From: Rhizophagus irregularis
Taxonomy: Eukaryota
Assembly: GCF_026210795.1 (NCBI RefSeq)
Contig: NC_089430.1
Coordinates: 1,116,001 to 1,180,000 of the forward strand
Reading direction: 5' to 3'
Length of the DNA stretch: 64,000 bases
The notes beneath the pieces were generated by a model. It worked only from the letters and a program-made list of their open reading frames with translations. It was not told where the DNA came from and did not search any database. Numbering within the stretch: position 1 is the first letter of the stretch; every line of letters starts with the position of its first letter. The translations under genes and the position numbers were made by a program. Below, in pieces: positions 25,455 to 39,900 of this stretch.

Positions 25455-26910
25455 ATTTTCAGTAAACTTTATTTTTTTTTTCTTCTTGGGATATTGTATC
25501 TTAGAATTTTACGTTTCTAAAGTTAACGAAAGGGGAGGAAAAGGAAGAACAAAAGAAAAAGAACAAAAGAGAGAAAGTTTAGTTAAAAAAAAAATCAGAG
25601 ATCGAATATTAATAATATTTCACGTAATACACGTGATATACAATTTTAGAGTTTTTCACAAAATGTAATTCCGTCGATCAAAATAACAAAATTTCCCTCT
25701 TTACCGGTGTTGTTTAGAGTTTGACATGATAGTATAATGGTTCTTGAAGGACAGGGCAATTATACAGTACTATGCTTCGTTCAATAAAATAAATTAAGTT
25801 TATTTAATAGTCTCATTAAGTTTAATTTTTTTGACTTCATATTACCCTAGTATATAAAACACATCGTAAATAAAACATATATAAAAAATACACTAAAATT
25901 GCAAAAAAAATTGTCAAATCTAATTAAAAAAGATATTATCCTATTGTTCTATTGTACTCTTTTTAATTATTCAAATTATTTGAAAAAAAAATCGAATTTC
26001 CCATAATTTGATTTGATATGTCAGCGTTGAAGTCGTTGAACGGGCCAAAATAATTGACAATTCTAGTCAGGAAATTATTTCCTTTTTTAAAAACTGGCTG
26101 GCATTATTATAATTCCGGCCCCGAAAGAGATGATAAATTCTTTTGGCTGCACTTTAGGTCAAATGTAAATTCTTAGACTTTATTTTTACGTTATTAATCC
26201 ATTCTGTACCCGTCAATAATTTCGTAATCAGACTTATCAGAGAATTTTATTTCTATATTTGAAAGGAATTATTTATTTTAATGGTTTATTTGTGAATTAA
26301 ATATTGCACAATTCGTTACACTGATTTTTTATTTGAATTGTAGATTTGTAGAACCAGATCCTGAATTTGTCCTATGACCAATGTAACAGGGAAAATGAGA
26401 TCGGCGACCCGGGTTACCATGTGACTCCTACTGTCCTCCATGATTATCAATAAGATTGAAAGATCAAAATCAATGAGATTGTTTACTTTTTGTTTATATT
26501 TTGTAACACTAATTTTAGTTTTCGTTAATTCTTCATTTTTTTTTCTTTCTAAACTTATAATTTTACTTTATTTGTAAATTCGTATGATTTTTTTCTTATT
26601 TTAGCAGTAATTTTTTCTATTATTTTTTTTATTTTAGTCTGGTTTTTTTTATTATACCATTTTTTTAGCTGAGCTTTATTTTTGTTTTTGTTTCATTTTG
26701 GGTCGGATTTTAATTCATTTCTTTTTTCTTACTTTTTGTTCCATTTTTTTAGTTTGAATTTTTTACTTTCATTTTTTTCTTCAGTATAAATTTTTGGAAA
26801 ACATTTAATTATCTTTATATATAAAAATCTTAGGATCTTATTTGTCAAATTATCAATTATCTGAACCAAAGATTTTTCATAAAACCCGTACTTCCCAATA
26901 TTTACAAACC

Positions 26911-28584
26911 ATGGAACAATCAAGCATAGAAGAACAAAAGTATGGAAAATGTATGGAATGCAAAAAATTGGGTAAACTAATGCGAACATCAATCTTAGGT
27001 CCATCAATCTTATGTCAGATTTGTGATTCAAATTTGAAAGCACAAAAATTTGGAAGATGTATAGAATGTAAACAAGAAAATACAGGACATAATTGGTGTC
27101 AAACTTGTAATTCAAAAAGGTTTCAAAATGATTTTAATAATTGGACTAGTGGTAATGATGATATTGACAAATTTATTCAAAATACTCAATTATCAGCATG
27201 GGATAGTTATCAATTATTAGAGTGGATACCATATGATAAATTTTCAAAAGTTAAATATATTGCAAAAGGTGGATTTGGTCAAATTTATAAAGCAACATGG
27301 AAAGATGGTTATATATTTCATTGGGATGTTAGTAAAAATCAATGGAAGAGATTTAGCGAAAAGAGTAATAAATTTGTAGCTCTTAAAAGTTTGAATAAAT
27401 CACAAAAAATTACATATGAATTTATTAATGAGGTAAAGGATTAAATTTATTATTAATTAAATTGAAATAATTTTGTTTGTTAATAAATTTATTTTAAATA
27501 ATTTAGATTACATCACATATTAAAGTATTTAGTTTTAAATCATTGGATCAAATTATTAGATGTTATGGAATATCTCAAGATCCAGATACGAAAGAATATA
27601 TTATGGTTATGCAATATGCTAATAAAGGAAGTTTACGAAATTATTTGAATGAAAAGAATAAAAAGATATATAATGAATATAAAAAGAATAAATATTATGA
27701 AACTAATTTGGATTTAAATTTGCAAATATGGGGATATAAAGTTGGTATTTTACGAAATATTTCAATTGGACTTAGAAGAATTCATGATAAAGGATTAATT
27801 CATCGAGATTTACATAGTGGAAATATAGTATGTAATAAAGATTTATCTCGTATAACTGATATGGGATTATGTAGACCAGTCAATTATAAGGAATTAGAAA
27901 CTATGGAGAATAGCGTATATGGTGTTTTACCTTATTTGGCTCCTGAAATTTTAAGAGGACAAGATTATACCGAAGCTTCAGATATTTATAGTTTTGGTAT
28001 AATTATGTATGAGGCAATTTCAGGATTAGCTCCATATTATGATATTGATCATGATGAATATTTAGTATTAAAGATTTGTGAAGGATTAAGACCTAGATTT
28101 AATATTAAAGTACCTCAATTAATTTTACATGTAATCAAGGAATGTTTTGATGCAAATCCATCAAATAGGCCAAGTGCAAACGATCTTTCAAGAACTTTTT
28201 GTGATTGGAAAGAAGAACTTAATAAATATACAAAAAATAAGAATTATGATGAAACGGAATTAATTGAAACAGAATTAATTAAACAAATAAATGAAATTAA
28301 TGATAGTTTATCAAATACTACTTTAACAAATAAAATGCATCCTGGAGCTATATATACGAGTAGATTACTTAATTATAATAATCTTCCTAAACCAAAAAAT
28401 TCTGATGATTATTATGTAAGTTATGATGATATATCAAGTGTAGAATATTCAGGTATTTAGTAATTTAAATCTTTATAAATACTTAATTAAATTACTTATA
28501 TTAATTACTTAATTTTTTTTACGTACAAAAGATCTTATAGAATCTGATAGGAGCGAATGCTTGGAATGTGAAGTTACAGATTGA
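26911..28584 (+). CDS. TKL-type protein kinase with duplicated N-terminal Cys-rich motif, ~505 aa, 3 exons
   Basis: Exons 26911-27432, 27507-28452 and 28532 (or 28541)-28584. Motifs IAKGGFG, VALK, HRDLHSGN, DMG, GVLPYLAPE; C-terminus SECLECEVTD. Confidence 0.92.
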
Positions 28585-29519
28585 TGAACGTAATCATTCA
28601 AAGGTTAAATGTTGATTTTTTACTAAAATTTTGTACCATTATTCGAAAATTATTTATTGTTCTGTTTAATACAAATATGTAATAAATTAAATATGAATAC
28701 AGGGTTAGGAGTGTATTTATTCTAGAAGTTGAATATTTTGTGTAATATAGTATTGCTACAGTTGAATGGTTCAGAGTGGTCATTTTTTTCCTCTTGGAAC
28801 GTCCAACAAAGTAGTATGTTAAGAATCAATAACCTCGCGTAACAATACCGTCATGTAATTATAATACGAATTATCAAATTATGTAATTTTATACTTAGCT
28901 TTTAATAGTCTTTTTAGTAAAATTTTGTTGTAAACCTTAATTATAAATTATAGTAATAAATAAAATATTCTTGATAAATATTTGACTTGGACTAAAAGAA
29001 TATACTTTTAAGCCAAGAACATATTAAATATTTCATTTTCCAAAAATGGTTTAAATCCATTATAACACTTTCATATACAACCATCATAATTTTTCTTCAA
29101 TCAACATCGTTAATTTTTTTCCAGTTGACGAGATGTGGCTTCTCTCTTTTTTTACGTATCCTTGACGTCTAACAAATAATTTTTAAAATTATCAAATATT
29201 TGTAATTATATTTATTAGTAATCAATAATATTTTAATTATAAAGATTCTTTAATACAGTATAAAAAAAATCAACCATATCAACTTCAATATAATATGCAA
29301 AGTGTTTTTATGATAAATTTTTCTGGAATTCATTTAATTCATTATAACTAGAATTTAATTTAAAAGATAGTACAGTGATTATATTGAAAAGGTCAAAATA
29401 TTTTCTGTATGATCAATTTTTTATTTATATACAAGAACATTAATTTTTTAACAACGACAACACTTAATACATTTCAATAATATATATTTTAAACCATATA
29501 AAATGTCTGTTGTTATAAT

Positions 29520-29710
29520 ATCATCCAATTTTTTAAAATTTTGTTGAAATCTTTTTGATATACAAGTTTAACACCAATTATGTCCCGTATTTTCTCGTTT
29601 GAATTTGAATCACGAGTCTGACGTAAGGATTTGTGAGTCCGATTGCAAGAGTGACTTTCACAAAAGCATATTCTTCTGTTTGTATTCTATACATTTTTCC
29701 ATACACACGC
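29520..29710 (-). pseudogene. Inverted, decayed copy of the N-terminal exon of the 26911-type kinase
   Basis: Minus strand reads YGKCIEYKQ...RENTGHNWC*TCISKRFQQNF with stops and frameshifts; compare YGKCMECK...QENTGHNWCQTCNSKRFQNDF in the 26911 gene. Confidence 0.7.
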
Positions 29711-30427
29711 CAAAATTTACTTAAAATTATGAGGGATGGTTTTTACTGTTTTTGGTTCAGATGATCGACAAAATCGATAAATGAAATCAAGATTTTTATG
29801 GCATGAATGGTTATTCCTTATGAGATTCGCTTGTACGTTTTAATAACTGGTTAGGAAAAACTTTTATGACAAGAATGGATTGTTGTAGTATCGTTGTACA
29901 AAAAAGTATTTCATCACTAACCAAATATATCTCAAGAATTCCTTACTATGTAATAAAATCAATTTTTGTTAATCTTTCTATTAAATAAAATCATTTTTTA
30001 TTAATTTTTATAATGATTATATAGTAATAATACATATAGTTAAGTTATTTCTGACTTCCATCTTTAAGTTATGTATTAAAATTTTAAATATTTTTAAAAA
30101 TGAAAATTTAAACATGATCAAACAAGAAAGCATTGAAAAAGTTTCATCGAATGAACAATTAAATTCACTAATTATAACATTCTTATATTTAGATATATAA
30201 CAAATAAAAAAGATTTCACAAATGGAAAATCTTCAGACGTCGATAATTATATTTTGACCAGAGTTAACGATCTTTTTCATTCATAATTCTGGCCGACGTT
30301 AAAAATTCGGCTTAGACGGAATTAGGTTTACCCGAATCCTAAAGGATCGATAATTGATCACAGAAATTATTTGCATTAAATCTTATTTAGTTAACGCCAA
30401 AAGTTTAACCGTCGCTTATTTATTTTT

Positions 30428-30429
<2 letters not shown>

Positions 30430-30460
<31 letters not shown>
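30430..30460. repeat. (AAT)n microsatellite, ~10 units
   Basis: Uninterrupted AATAATAAT run. Confidence 0.9.
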
Positions 30461-30863
30461 TCGAATGTTACCTTGATAAAATAATAAATTAATTTTTCCA
30501 CAAATAGGGATGGACGAGTCCTTATCGCTAACAATACTGTCCTATTCTTCATCCTTATTCTTGCCATAAAAGCTTATAACTCTTTTTCCGAATGAGTTCT
30601 CTATGAATCTCAAAAAGTTAATTTTTAAAGGTTCATTCTTACTGTTTATAAAATTATCTCAATTGATAAAGATAGAGTACTCAAATATTCACATTGTATT
30701 GCATCTATATTTGGTTACACGGAACCATTTTTTCCATAAAAAGTTTTATTTATCGATTTTTGCTGATCATTTGAACTAATATAAATAGTCACCTGTTTTC
30801 CGGTATTGAATAATAAAAATTTAACGGTAAGCTTACCGATAAATTAATTAATTTATTTACACT

Positions 30864-32395
30864 ATGGAACAATTAAATGAAAATGAAATAAAAGAAAGAA
30901 CTTGCATTTTATGCAAACAAACAAATATTGAAACAAATTCTTTAGAAGATAATCATTCAAATAATAATAAAAAGAAACAAAAATGTTCAGAATGTAAAAA
31001 AATAATTATGGGGAATAACTGGTGTCAAACTTGTAATTCAATGAAATTTCAACAAAATTTCAATAATTGGACTAGTGGTAATGAAATTATTAATAAGTTC
31101 ATTCAAAATTCTCAATTATCAGCAAAAAATCATTTTCAATTATTAGAATGGATACCTTATGAAAAATTTCGTAATATTTCTTATGCTACAGAAGGTAAAT
31201 TTGGTAAAGTTTATAGTGCAAATTGGAAAGATGGTTATATTACATATTGGAATAAAAAGAAAAATCAATGGAAAAGAGATGGTAAAACCACTGTAGCTCT
31301 TAAAACTTTGAATAATTCACAAAATATTACATTGGAATTTATTAATCAGGTATGAATTTTTTATCATATATTCATATACAATATTAATTTATTAATAATT
31401 GTCTTTACCAATTAATTAATTATTAGGTTATGTTGCATCTTAAAATTCAAGAATATAAGTTATCAGACCAAATTATTAAATGTCATGGAATTACTCGAGA
31501 TCCAAAAACAAAAGATTATATTATAGTTATGAATTACGTTAAAATCGGATATTTACCAAATTTTTTGACCAAAAAAAAGAAAAAATTATATAAACAGCAC
31601 AAATTACATGAAAATAATTTAAATATGAGTTTGAAATTGTGGAGATATAAAATTATGATTTTACAACGTATTTCAGCTGGGCTTAAAAGAACTCATAGTA
31701 GAAAATTGATTCTTCGAGATTTTCATATTGAAGATACTGTATGTAATAATTGTATAACTGATATGAGATTATGTAAACCGGAAAATCATAAAAAATTTGA
31801 AAACGTGGAAAATAATATGTATGATGTTTTACTTAATTTGGCTCCTGAAATTTTAAGGGGACAAGATTGTACTCAATTCTCTGATATTTACAGTTTTGGC
31901 ATAACTATGTATGAGATGATTTCAGAATTTACTCTATATAATAATAATAATGCTCATGGATTATGTTTAGTATTAGATATTTGTGAAGAATTAAAGTCTG
32001 AGATTAATATTAAAGTACCACAATTATTGTTGAATTTAATTAAAAATTGCTTAGATGTAAATCCATTAGATCGACCAAATGCAAACGATCTATTAAATTT
32101 TTTTGATAAATGGTTAAAAGAACTTAATAGGTATATTAAGGGTATAGAAAATCAAGCAGAGGCCACTAAAACAGAATTAATTAAACAAATTGAAGAAATA
32201 GAAAAAGTGAAAAATATCAATGAAAATCCATCACCTGATAATATATCGGATAAAGATTATTCAGGTATTAAATAATATAAATTCATTCGCTCTTTTATCT
32301 ATTGAATCATTTATATTAATTATTAATCCTTTACAGACAACTCTTCAAATGATTCCGAAGATAATGATTTTGAAGAATGTGCAATTCATGATTGA
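30864..32395 (+). CDS. TKL pseudokinase (intact ORF, degenerate catalytic motifs), ~460 aa, 3 exons
   Basis: Exons 30864-31349, 31427-32264 and 32337-32395. G-loop ATEGKFG, catalytic loop LRDFHIED (Asn lost), DMR instead of DMG, DVLLNLAPE instead of GVLPYLAPE. Confidence 0.85.
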
Positions 32396-32706
32396 ACCTA
32401 TATACGAAATATTTTGAATTATTTATTTGTTATTATTTATATATATTTTCTAAGATTCTGACGACGATTTTACATATATCGATATATAGTTTTTGTTCAA
32501 CACTGATTATAGAGTATTATGTAAACTTTATATTTTTATACAAATAAAAATCAGTTTGTAATTGAGCGTAATTATACAGTAATGTAAATATAATAAATAA
32601 ATTATTAATTTATCATTAATTGGTAAAGTTATAGAGGTTTGTGTATATTAAAAAATTACTTTTTTGAATTTTATTTTTAACTCTTGATTTTCGCGATTGC
32701 AGATAT

Positions 32707-34750
32707 ATGAAATTATGTTGGGCTGTATCATTTTGGGTGAAAAAAAACGCATTTCCTGTTGATTATGATATCAGCAAGACCATTGGGCATCTCAAGAATG
32801 CTATCAAGGAGAAGAAAAGCGTGGCCCTTGGCAATATTGATGCAAACACTCCGAAATTATGGAAAGTTAATATTCCTGAAAGTAAAAAACACGAGATAAA
32901 TGAGGGAATCGACATCAAAGAAAAATTCAGAGGTGAGAAATTGGACAGCAATCTCAGTACTATTGGAGATCATTTCAAAGAACAACCCCCTAGTAGGCAT
33001 ATCCACATCATCGTGCAACGCCTCCACCCGTTACCACTGGTAAGTGGTTTACCTCTCGAACAAGAAATTCGCGTTATCTTACATCTTATACTTTTTTTAT
33101 TCGATCAGGAACCATAGGTGGACCACTTCCATTCCAATGAAACGACTTGGTGAATCTCAAGATTCTAACTGTGAATCTGTTGCTCCTTTTGAAAGAGATT
33201 TTTGGAATGACCTTCCTAAAGTGCAAATCGTCCTTAAATCATCAGATGGTGTTAACAAATATCAGGAGTTCAGGGCCATTATCCAAATATATGAGAGTTG
33301 AAAATAGCGAAATCGTGTTGAATGACTATGTGATGCTAAATTCACAGGATGGGCTAATTGTTGATGGTGAATCTGTGACGGATTCACGGGTTCAATAACA
33401 AATTTTGCAAAATTTCTACGTTTTTGTAAATCACCAAATGGAGTATTTGGAATATCAACACAGGGCATATTAATAAAGAAGTCATATTTAGAAATAATTG
33501 AAAATATTGAATCTGACCATATTAATCATGATAAAAAAGCATGTACCATAATTGGATCGCCTGGTATCGGAAAAACACATTTTTCAATATATTTAGCTTT
33601 TTATATAGCACCGTTGTCGATATCCTTCAGAAGATATTATCTACGAGCATCCATTCTAAAGAAGCTCTGTGGTTTTTTATATCAAACCAAACATGAGTGT
33701 AATGAAAATTTCTAGTTTAGCGGGTGGATACCTACAAGATAGCTTTTATATTGTTGATTTCGTAATTCTTGCTCCAATTGATAACGAAATACACATTTCT
33801 ATTTACAATACCAAACATCTTTGATGGCATGATTTTATAAAGAAATATCCTAGGAAATATTACGCGCCTATTTGGACTGAGGAAAAAATTTTTAAGGTTT
33901 GAAAATGGAATGATCGGTATAAAAATAAGGTACCTGAGTTCCGAGTCAAGGAGTTGATTACACGATGGGGATGTATACCACAACGAGTTTTTGATGAATA
34001 GTGATGTTTATAAGTTCCTAAAAAATGAAGGGATTTAGATGATGATTCTTTGGAAAAACTAATACACATTATTCCCAGTGCTGAAGAATATGTTCATGCC
34101 TCGAAAGAAATATATAGGGCTTTGTTCAGATACTATAAAAATAATACAAAAGATAAAATTATTAATATAATCCGAAGTTTTAGTGGTACTTTAGCTGGGG
34201 ATTTTTTTGAAATGTTAGCACATGATCTCATGATGTTTTGCGAAAAGGTGGCAATTTTAAGGTACGACGCTTAGCCGATAAAACTTCTAAATACCCCAAA
34301 GAAACACTTGATCTTAAAAGTCTGGATCTCAACCAGTATGATGATGTTCAAGAAATAAATACCGGGTATTATAATTTTTAAAATTAAAAATTTTGAGTCC
34401 GTGTATGCTATCACGCCTCAAGATATTAAATGGAATTCATCGTTTATTTCAAATAACAACTGCAGAAAAACATGATACTAAGATAAATATAAGTCATATA
34501 TTAGCATTGTATCTATTATTATGTACTGAATATATTTATACTATGTAGGTAAATGGTCTTAGTAAGTTAGAAGGCCGAAATCTACCGATCCATCTATATT
34601 TCGTTGTTCCAAATATAAATCATATTTTTGATAATTTTCGTTTACAGAACTATGTTACTATGTTACGACAAAAGGTGACAAATATAAGGGATGGAATGCA
34701 AATACTGAATGGATTCGTGATCAAATTCTTGCAATTTGATCTCGAGAACA
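32707..34750 (+). pseudogene. Crinkler (CRN)-like gene: N-terminal ubiquitin-like CRN domain + P-loop NTPase + PD-(D/E)XK-type nuclease; disrupted
   Basis: NAFPV...TIGHLKNAIKEK...KLWKV...HIHIIVQ header; Walker A GSPGIGKT at 33554-33577; FYIVD near 33745; WGCIPQRVF; GDFFEMLAH; LFQITTAEKH at ~34444; HLYFVVP at ~34590. Multiple frameshifts and stops (e.g. ~32740, ~33020, TAGTGA at ~33999). Confidence 0.85.
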
Positions 34751-36950
34751 TATTGTTCTATTTTAAGACCGTTAATAAATAAATACATGCTAAAATAAAA
34801 TGGGATAGATTCACTTTTATGAAAAATCATGGGCTAATTCAATGCTAGAACTTTCCGGAAAAAAATAGATAATAAATATGCGAATCATATTATGATGATG
34901 TTGAGCCAAAATCAGTAAAATTTTAGGTTACAAAAAACTGAGACATTTTATCACGATCAAATTTTACTTCGTACTTCTCTTACCTGCCCTGTATTTATTT
35001 TTTATCCGTATTAATAAAGCGAATCTTTACATTTGCCAAGAAATTTGGGCAAGCACTGTTTGGTGACTTTATATTATGTAATCATATACACGAAAAATAC
35101 ACAAATAATAAAATTTCAAAATAATAAGTTTCATTAAAATTTTGAATAATACATGTTAAAAATTCGATTTACTATGAAAAATGAGCGTGTAGCGGCGTTT
35201 CAAGGGAGGAATTTGCCCGCCCCTCCTTAGACATCTTTTACATAGTAAAAGGAATGGCAGTTCCTTTCCACTACTCCGCATTACTATCTAAATTTTTTCT
35301 GTTTTTACTATCTATCCATTAACAAATTCTTTATAAAATAAAAGGAACCCAACTTTGTAAATGTTCAACCTTATCGGTATTCTGTCCAAAATTTGTCTAC
35401 TGCAGATAATTTGTGAATTCGCAAACGAAAAGGTTTTAGATTTTTCCGGACATTTTCTGGACATTTATTTTTTATAGGGCAATCCATTTTGGGCTCCGCC
35501 GTCAGTTCAATTCTTTAAGGTCTGGTGACATAGATAAATATCAGTTACCGAAGTTTATTAAAACTACTTAGACCATTCACTTTACTATTTGTATTCTGTA
35601 TAAACAAAAATATATTTGATTTTTTTTTTAGAGTAAAGTATATTGAGAACTATCGTCGTAAATTTATAAATCTACATGTTGTTTGACGTATAGTCGTCAA
35701 AGATGCATGTTCAAACTAATGAAGCTAATCCACATATTCTTCATTCTCTTTGAAAATTAAGTAATACAACAATGTATTAAAGACCCAGTCCCGGCAGTCT
35801 AAAGGAACCGATCAAACACTTATCAAACATTTCATTTTTAAGTAAAGGAATAAACGTTTTATTTTGCGATCAAAGATTTTAATAAGGTACAATTAATTAA
35901 TACTTTACTTCTCTGTCTTCTCATATATGGTGATTTTGATACAGTTGACAGAATTTAACATTTAATTTTTTTTTTACGAAATAATTTTTTTTTTGGTAAT
36001 TATGATTTTTAATACACTGAATCAATGATTCTCCGAAGCGTAAGCGGAAGACGAGAAATTTTGGTTGTTACAACCAGTAAGATTATGTGCTACATATCAT
36101 AGCCGTATATATCACTGCGCAAAATCACTGGTGAAAACAATTATGCTACATTTTTTTTTCGTTCTCCATAAAATAAGATAAAATAATGTAAATAGTTGCA
36201 TTAGGATGGCTAAGTATTAGGGTTAGGTTAAAAAGCGCTCCCAAAAGGCATCATATTAATTTGTAATGTTAATTTAGTAACTTTGATTAACTAAAACTCC
36301 AGACTTAAATTATTATATTAACTCCATACTGCGAATTTTCTGTGATTGACTTTTCAATTAATTATGTATTTTAACTTTATATAATTATTAAATAATAAAT
36401 ATAAAAAGCTTTTAAAATAATGTCCAAGTGAAATTCCAACAAATTAACTAAATTGCTTGTCATATTAAAGAAAAAAAAATATGGATAATCAAAGTATAAG
36501 TGTGATTAAAATGCGTAAAATTAGGGAACGGAAACCGTTAACTAAAGAAAATTGACCTTTCATCAATCATGTTTATATTGATTTTTTAAGTAAGATTTAA
36601 AAATAACTACAAATTAATAGTCTATTGAATAACAATCATTGATTTTTGTTTACCAAATTATTTGAATATTAATCAATATAATTAAGGAATATTATCTATT
36701 CATTAAGTATGACAATCAAATTTGTTAAACACAAATTGTATTCGCTGAAAAAATAAATAAAAAAATAAAAATAAAATTAATAAGTACATTCTTCTTTTGG
36801 TTATGAGGCGTAAAATGCTACGCCTCAAGATCACAAAAATTTATGTGGGCACAACATGAAGTTTGATCAACAATTTGCATTTTACTAATTTATTAAGTGG
36901 AACGAAACTTAAAATAATTCATTCATTATTTCTTTCTTATTGATTACATT

Positions 36951-39900
36951 ATGTCCAATCTTCGATATGAATTAATTTATGCAATAACTAATAGAGCAAT
37001 AATATTAACAGATGGTAATATTTACAATAATATACACAAACAATTTGAATTTCAAAAACAAACAGTCCTTGCTGATAAAATTCTTACAAATGATGAAAAA
37101 ACTTATGCAATAAGAAGGTTAACTAAAATTTATGATCGAAATAAAGTTATGGATGATGATGGTACAAGAAGAATTTGTGAAAATTGTAACCAAGAATGTT
37201 TAGCCACATTATATTGTGAATATTGTGTCCGAAATTATTTAAAAGAAAATTTTTTAAATTGGACATCTAAAAATAATGATATTGATGATTTAATACAGAA
37301 ATGTCAAATGGAATCACTCATGCCAAATGTGGTAGTTGAATGGATCCCATATAGTAATTTAAAAAATATTGAATATTTAACAAAAGGGGGATTCTCAGAA
37401 ATTTATACAGCATATTGGATTAATGGAAGATATGAAGAATGGGATTCTGAAAAAAAACAATTAGAAAGGGTTAAAAGACCTGGAGTACAAAATCTAGCTG
37501 AGGAAGTGGTACTTAAAACGTTAGAAAATGTCGAAAGTGCAAATCAAAGTTGGTTTGAAGAGGTTTGTATAATTTTATTGTATAAAATTATGTAGACTTT
37601 ATATTAATATAAGCATTTTTACAAATTATTACCTTTTAGGCTAAATCACATTTAACTATAAGTAATAAATGGGGGAGTGTTGTTCGATGTCATGGTTTAA
37701 CGCAAAATCCATCAAATGGAAATTATATGCTTGTAATGTCGAAACTTGATATAGATTTAAGAAAATATTTACAACAAAATCATAATCAACTTACATGGAA
37801 AAAGAGAATTAATATTACTTATGAAATAATCAATGCAATTTATCATATTCATTTTGAGAAAGCAATTCATAGAGATTTACATTCCGGAAATATATTATTT
37901 TCACAGTTAGATGATAATTGGTGTATAAGTGATCTTGGATTTTGTGGACCTGCTGATAAATCTTCAACAAGTATATATGGAAATCTTCCTTACATAGCAC
38001 CCGAAGTCATTTTTGGAAGAGAATATACTTTTGCATCTGATATTTATAGTATTGCAATTCTTATGTGGGAAATTTCATCTGGACAACCACCATTTATAAA
38101 TTATGAACATGAAAATGATATTGTAATGAATATTATTGACGGTATAAGACCAAAAATTGTGCCAGGAACGCCATTAGAATATAAAAATTTAATAAAAGAA
38201 TGTTGGGATGCTGATCCATTAAAAAGACCTACCGCTTATAAACTTATGAGAAGAATAAGCAGAATTCATTTAGATTATCAAAATATGTCAGATGATTTAT
38301 TCAAATCAGAAAAAAATAATTTAGAAATGAATAAAGTAGAAGAAAATTATACGAGTAGCAGATTATTCACAAGTAAAATCCACAACTTTGGAAATCTACC
38401 TGAACCAAAAAATGCAACAGAAGGTATAAGTGTATAATATTTTATTAATGAATATATTTATTTAAAATACATTATTAATGTTATCTTTTTATTATAATAG
38501 AAGAACAAGAAGGTATTAACCGTATAAATAATAATTTCTATCATTTTTTGGTGACTGTAATAATTTACTTTATTTTACTATTAATAGGGTTTCATAGTAA
38601 ATTGTATGATTTTAACATTCCTAACAATAGTAAGTAATTATTGATATTACAGCATTGAATTATTAGTAGGGATGGCAACGGTCGGTCATGGTCGGTCATC
38701 GGTCGGTCATGACCGGTCAAGAACCTTTGACCGACCGACCGACCGTTTGACCGACCGTTTGACCGATCATTTTTTTTATATTTTCGCAGCGTTTTTATTA
38801 AGGCAATTGAAAAAACGTGTGAAAACGTTTTTTTTTTTATTAAATTATTAATAAAAAATGTTTTCGCAACGTTTCTATTAAAATAATTAAAAAAAACGTT
38901 GCGAAAACGTTTTATTTTAATTAAATTATTAATAAAAACGTTTTCGCACCGTTTTTAGTTAAAATAATTAAAAAAAACGTTGCGAAAACGTTTTATTTTA
39001 ATTAAATTATTAATAAAAACGTTTTCGCACCGTTTTTAGTTAAAATAATTAAAAACGGTTGCGAAAAACGTTTTTTTTTAATTAAATTATTAATAAAAAA
39101 AACGTTTTCGCGACGTTTTTTATTAAATTTTTCATAAAAAAATTTGGTCGGTCAAACGGTCGGTCAGAAGTCTTGACCGACCGATATCGGTCACGGTCAT
39201 GACCGGTCATAATCGGTTAATGACCGTGACCGTTGCCATCCCTAATTATTACATAATGATTTTTAATAATTAATATTTATTTTAGTTAATGATTTTAATA
39301 AATCAAATAAGCGAAATAGCAAATCATCAAAAGTAATTACTATTTTTAGAGGTAATGTATTTTAATTATTCCCTATAAAAAATTTTTATCTGAATATTAC
39401 CATTATTTCTCCGTGTCTTCCGTAAAAATTCTGTGAAAATGATACATTCACAGATATCTGTGTTAGCGAGATGAAAATTTCCATGATTTAAGGCTATTAA
39501 AACATGGAAAGATAAAACACGGATCAGATTTTTTACAGGGATTGACAAATCGAGATTGATTTATATATTAAATCTATATCTTAATTTTAGGAGATAGTGA
39601 AAAATTATCCAAAGAATTTAAAAAGTTGCAAATAAATTCAAATAGTAAGTAAATTACTAACGAATTAAATTACTATATCAATTTCATTTATTTAACGCGA
39701 CTTTTATTTAAAATTTAGATGATGAAAAGAAAATAACTCAACAACATGTCGATGGTAGGTGAAAATTTTACGTAATAACAAATAATTTTTATATTATTTT
39801 AAGTATATTTATTTTCTTATAGATGATGACGAAGTATATAATAATCCAAATCTTCATTCAGAAGAACAAGATGAACTGGAAATTCCTGATGGTAAGTTCT

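Noticed and set aside
35185..35510. GC-rich ends suggesting a MITE
   Set aside because: Putative TIRs match poorly and no TSD was found.
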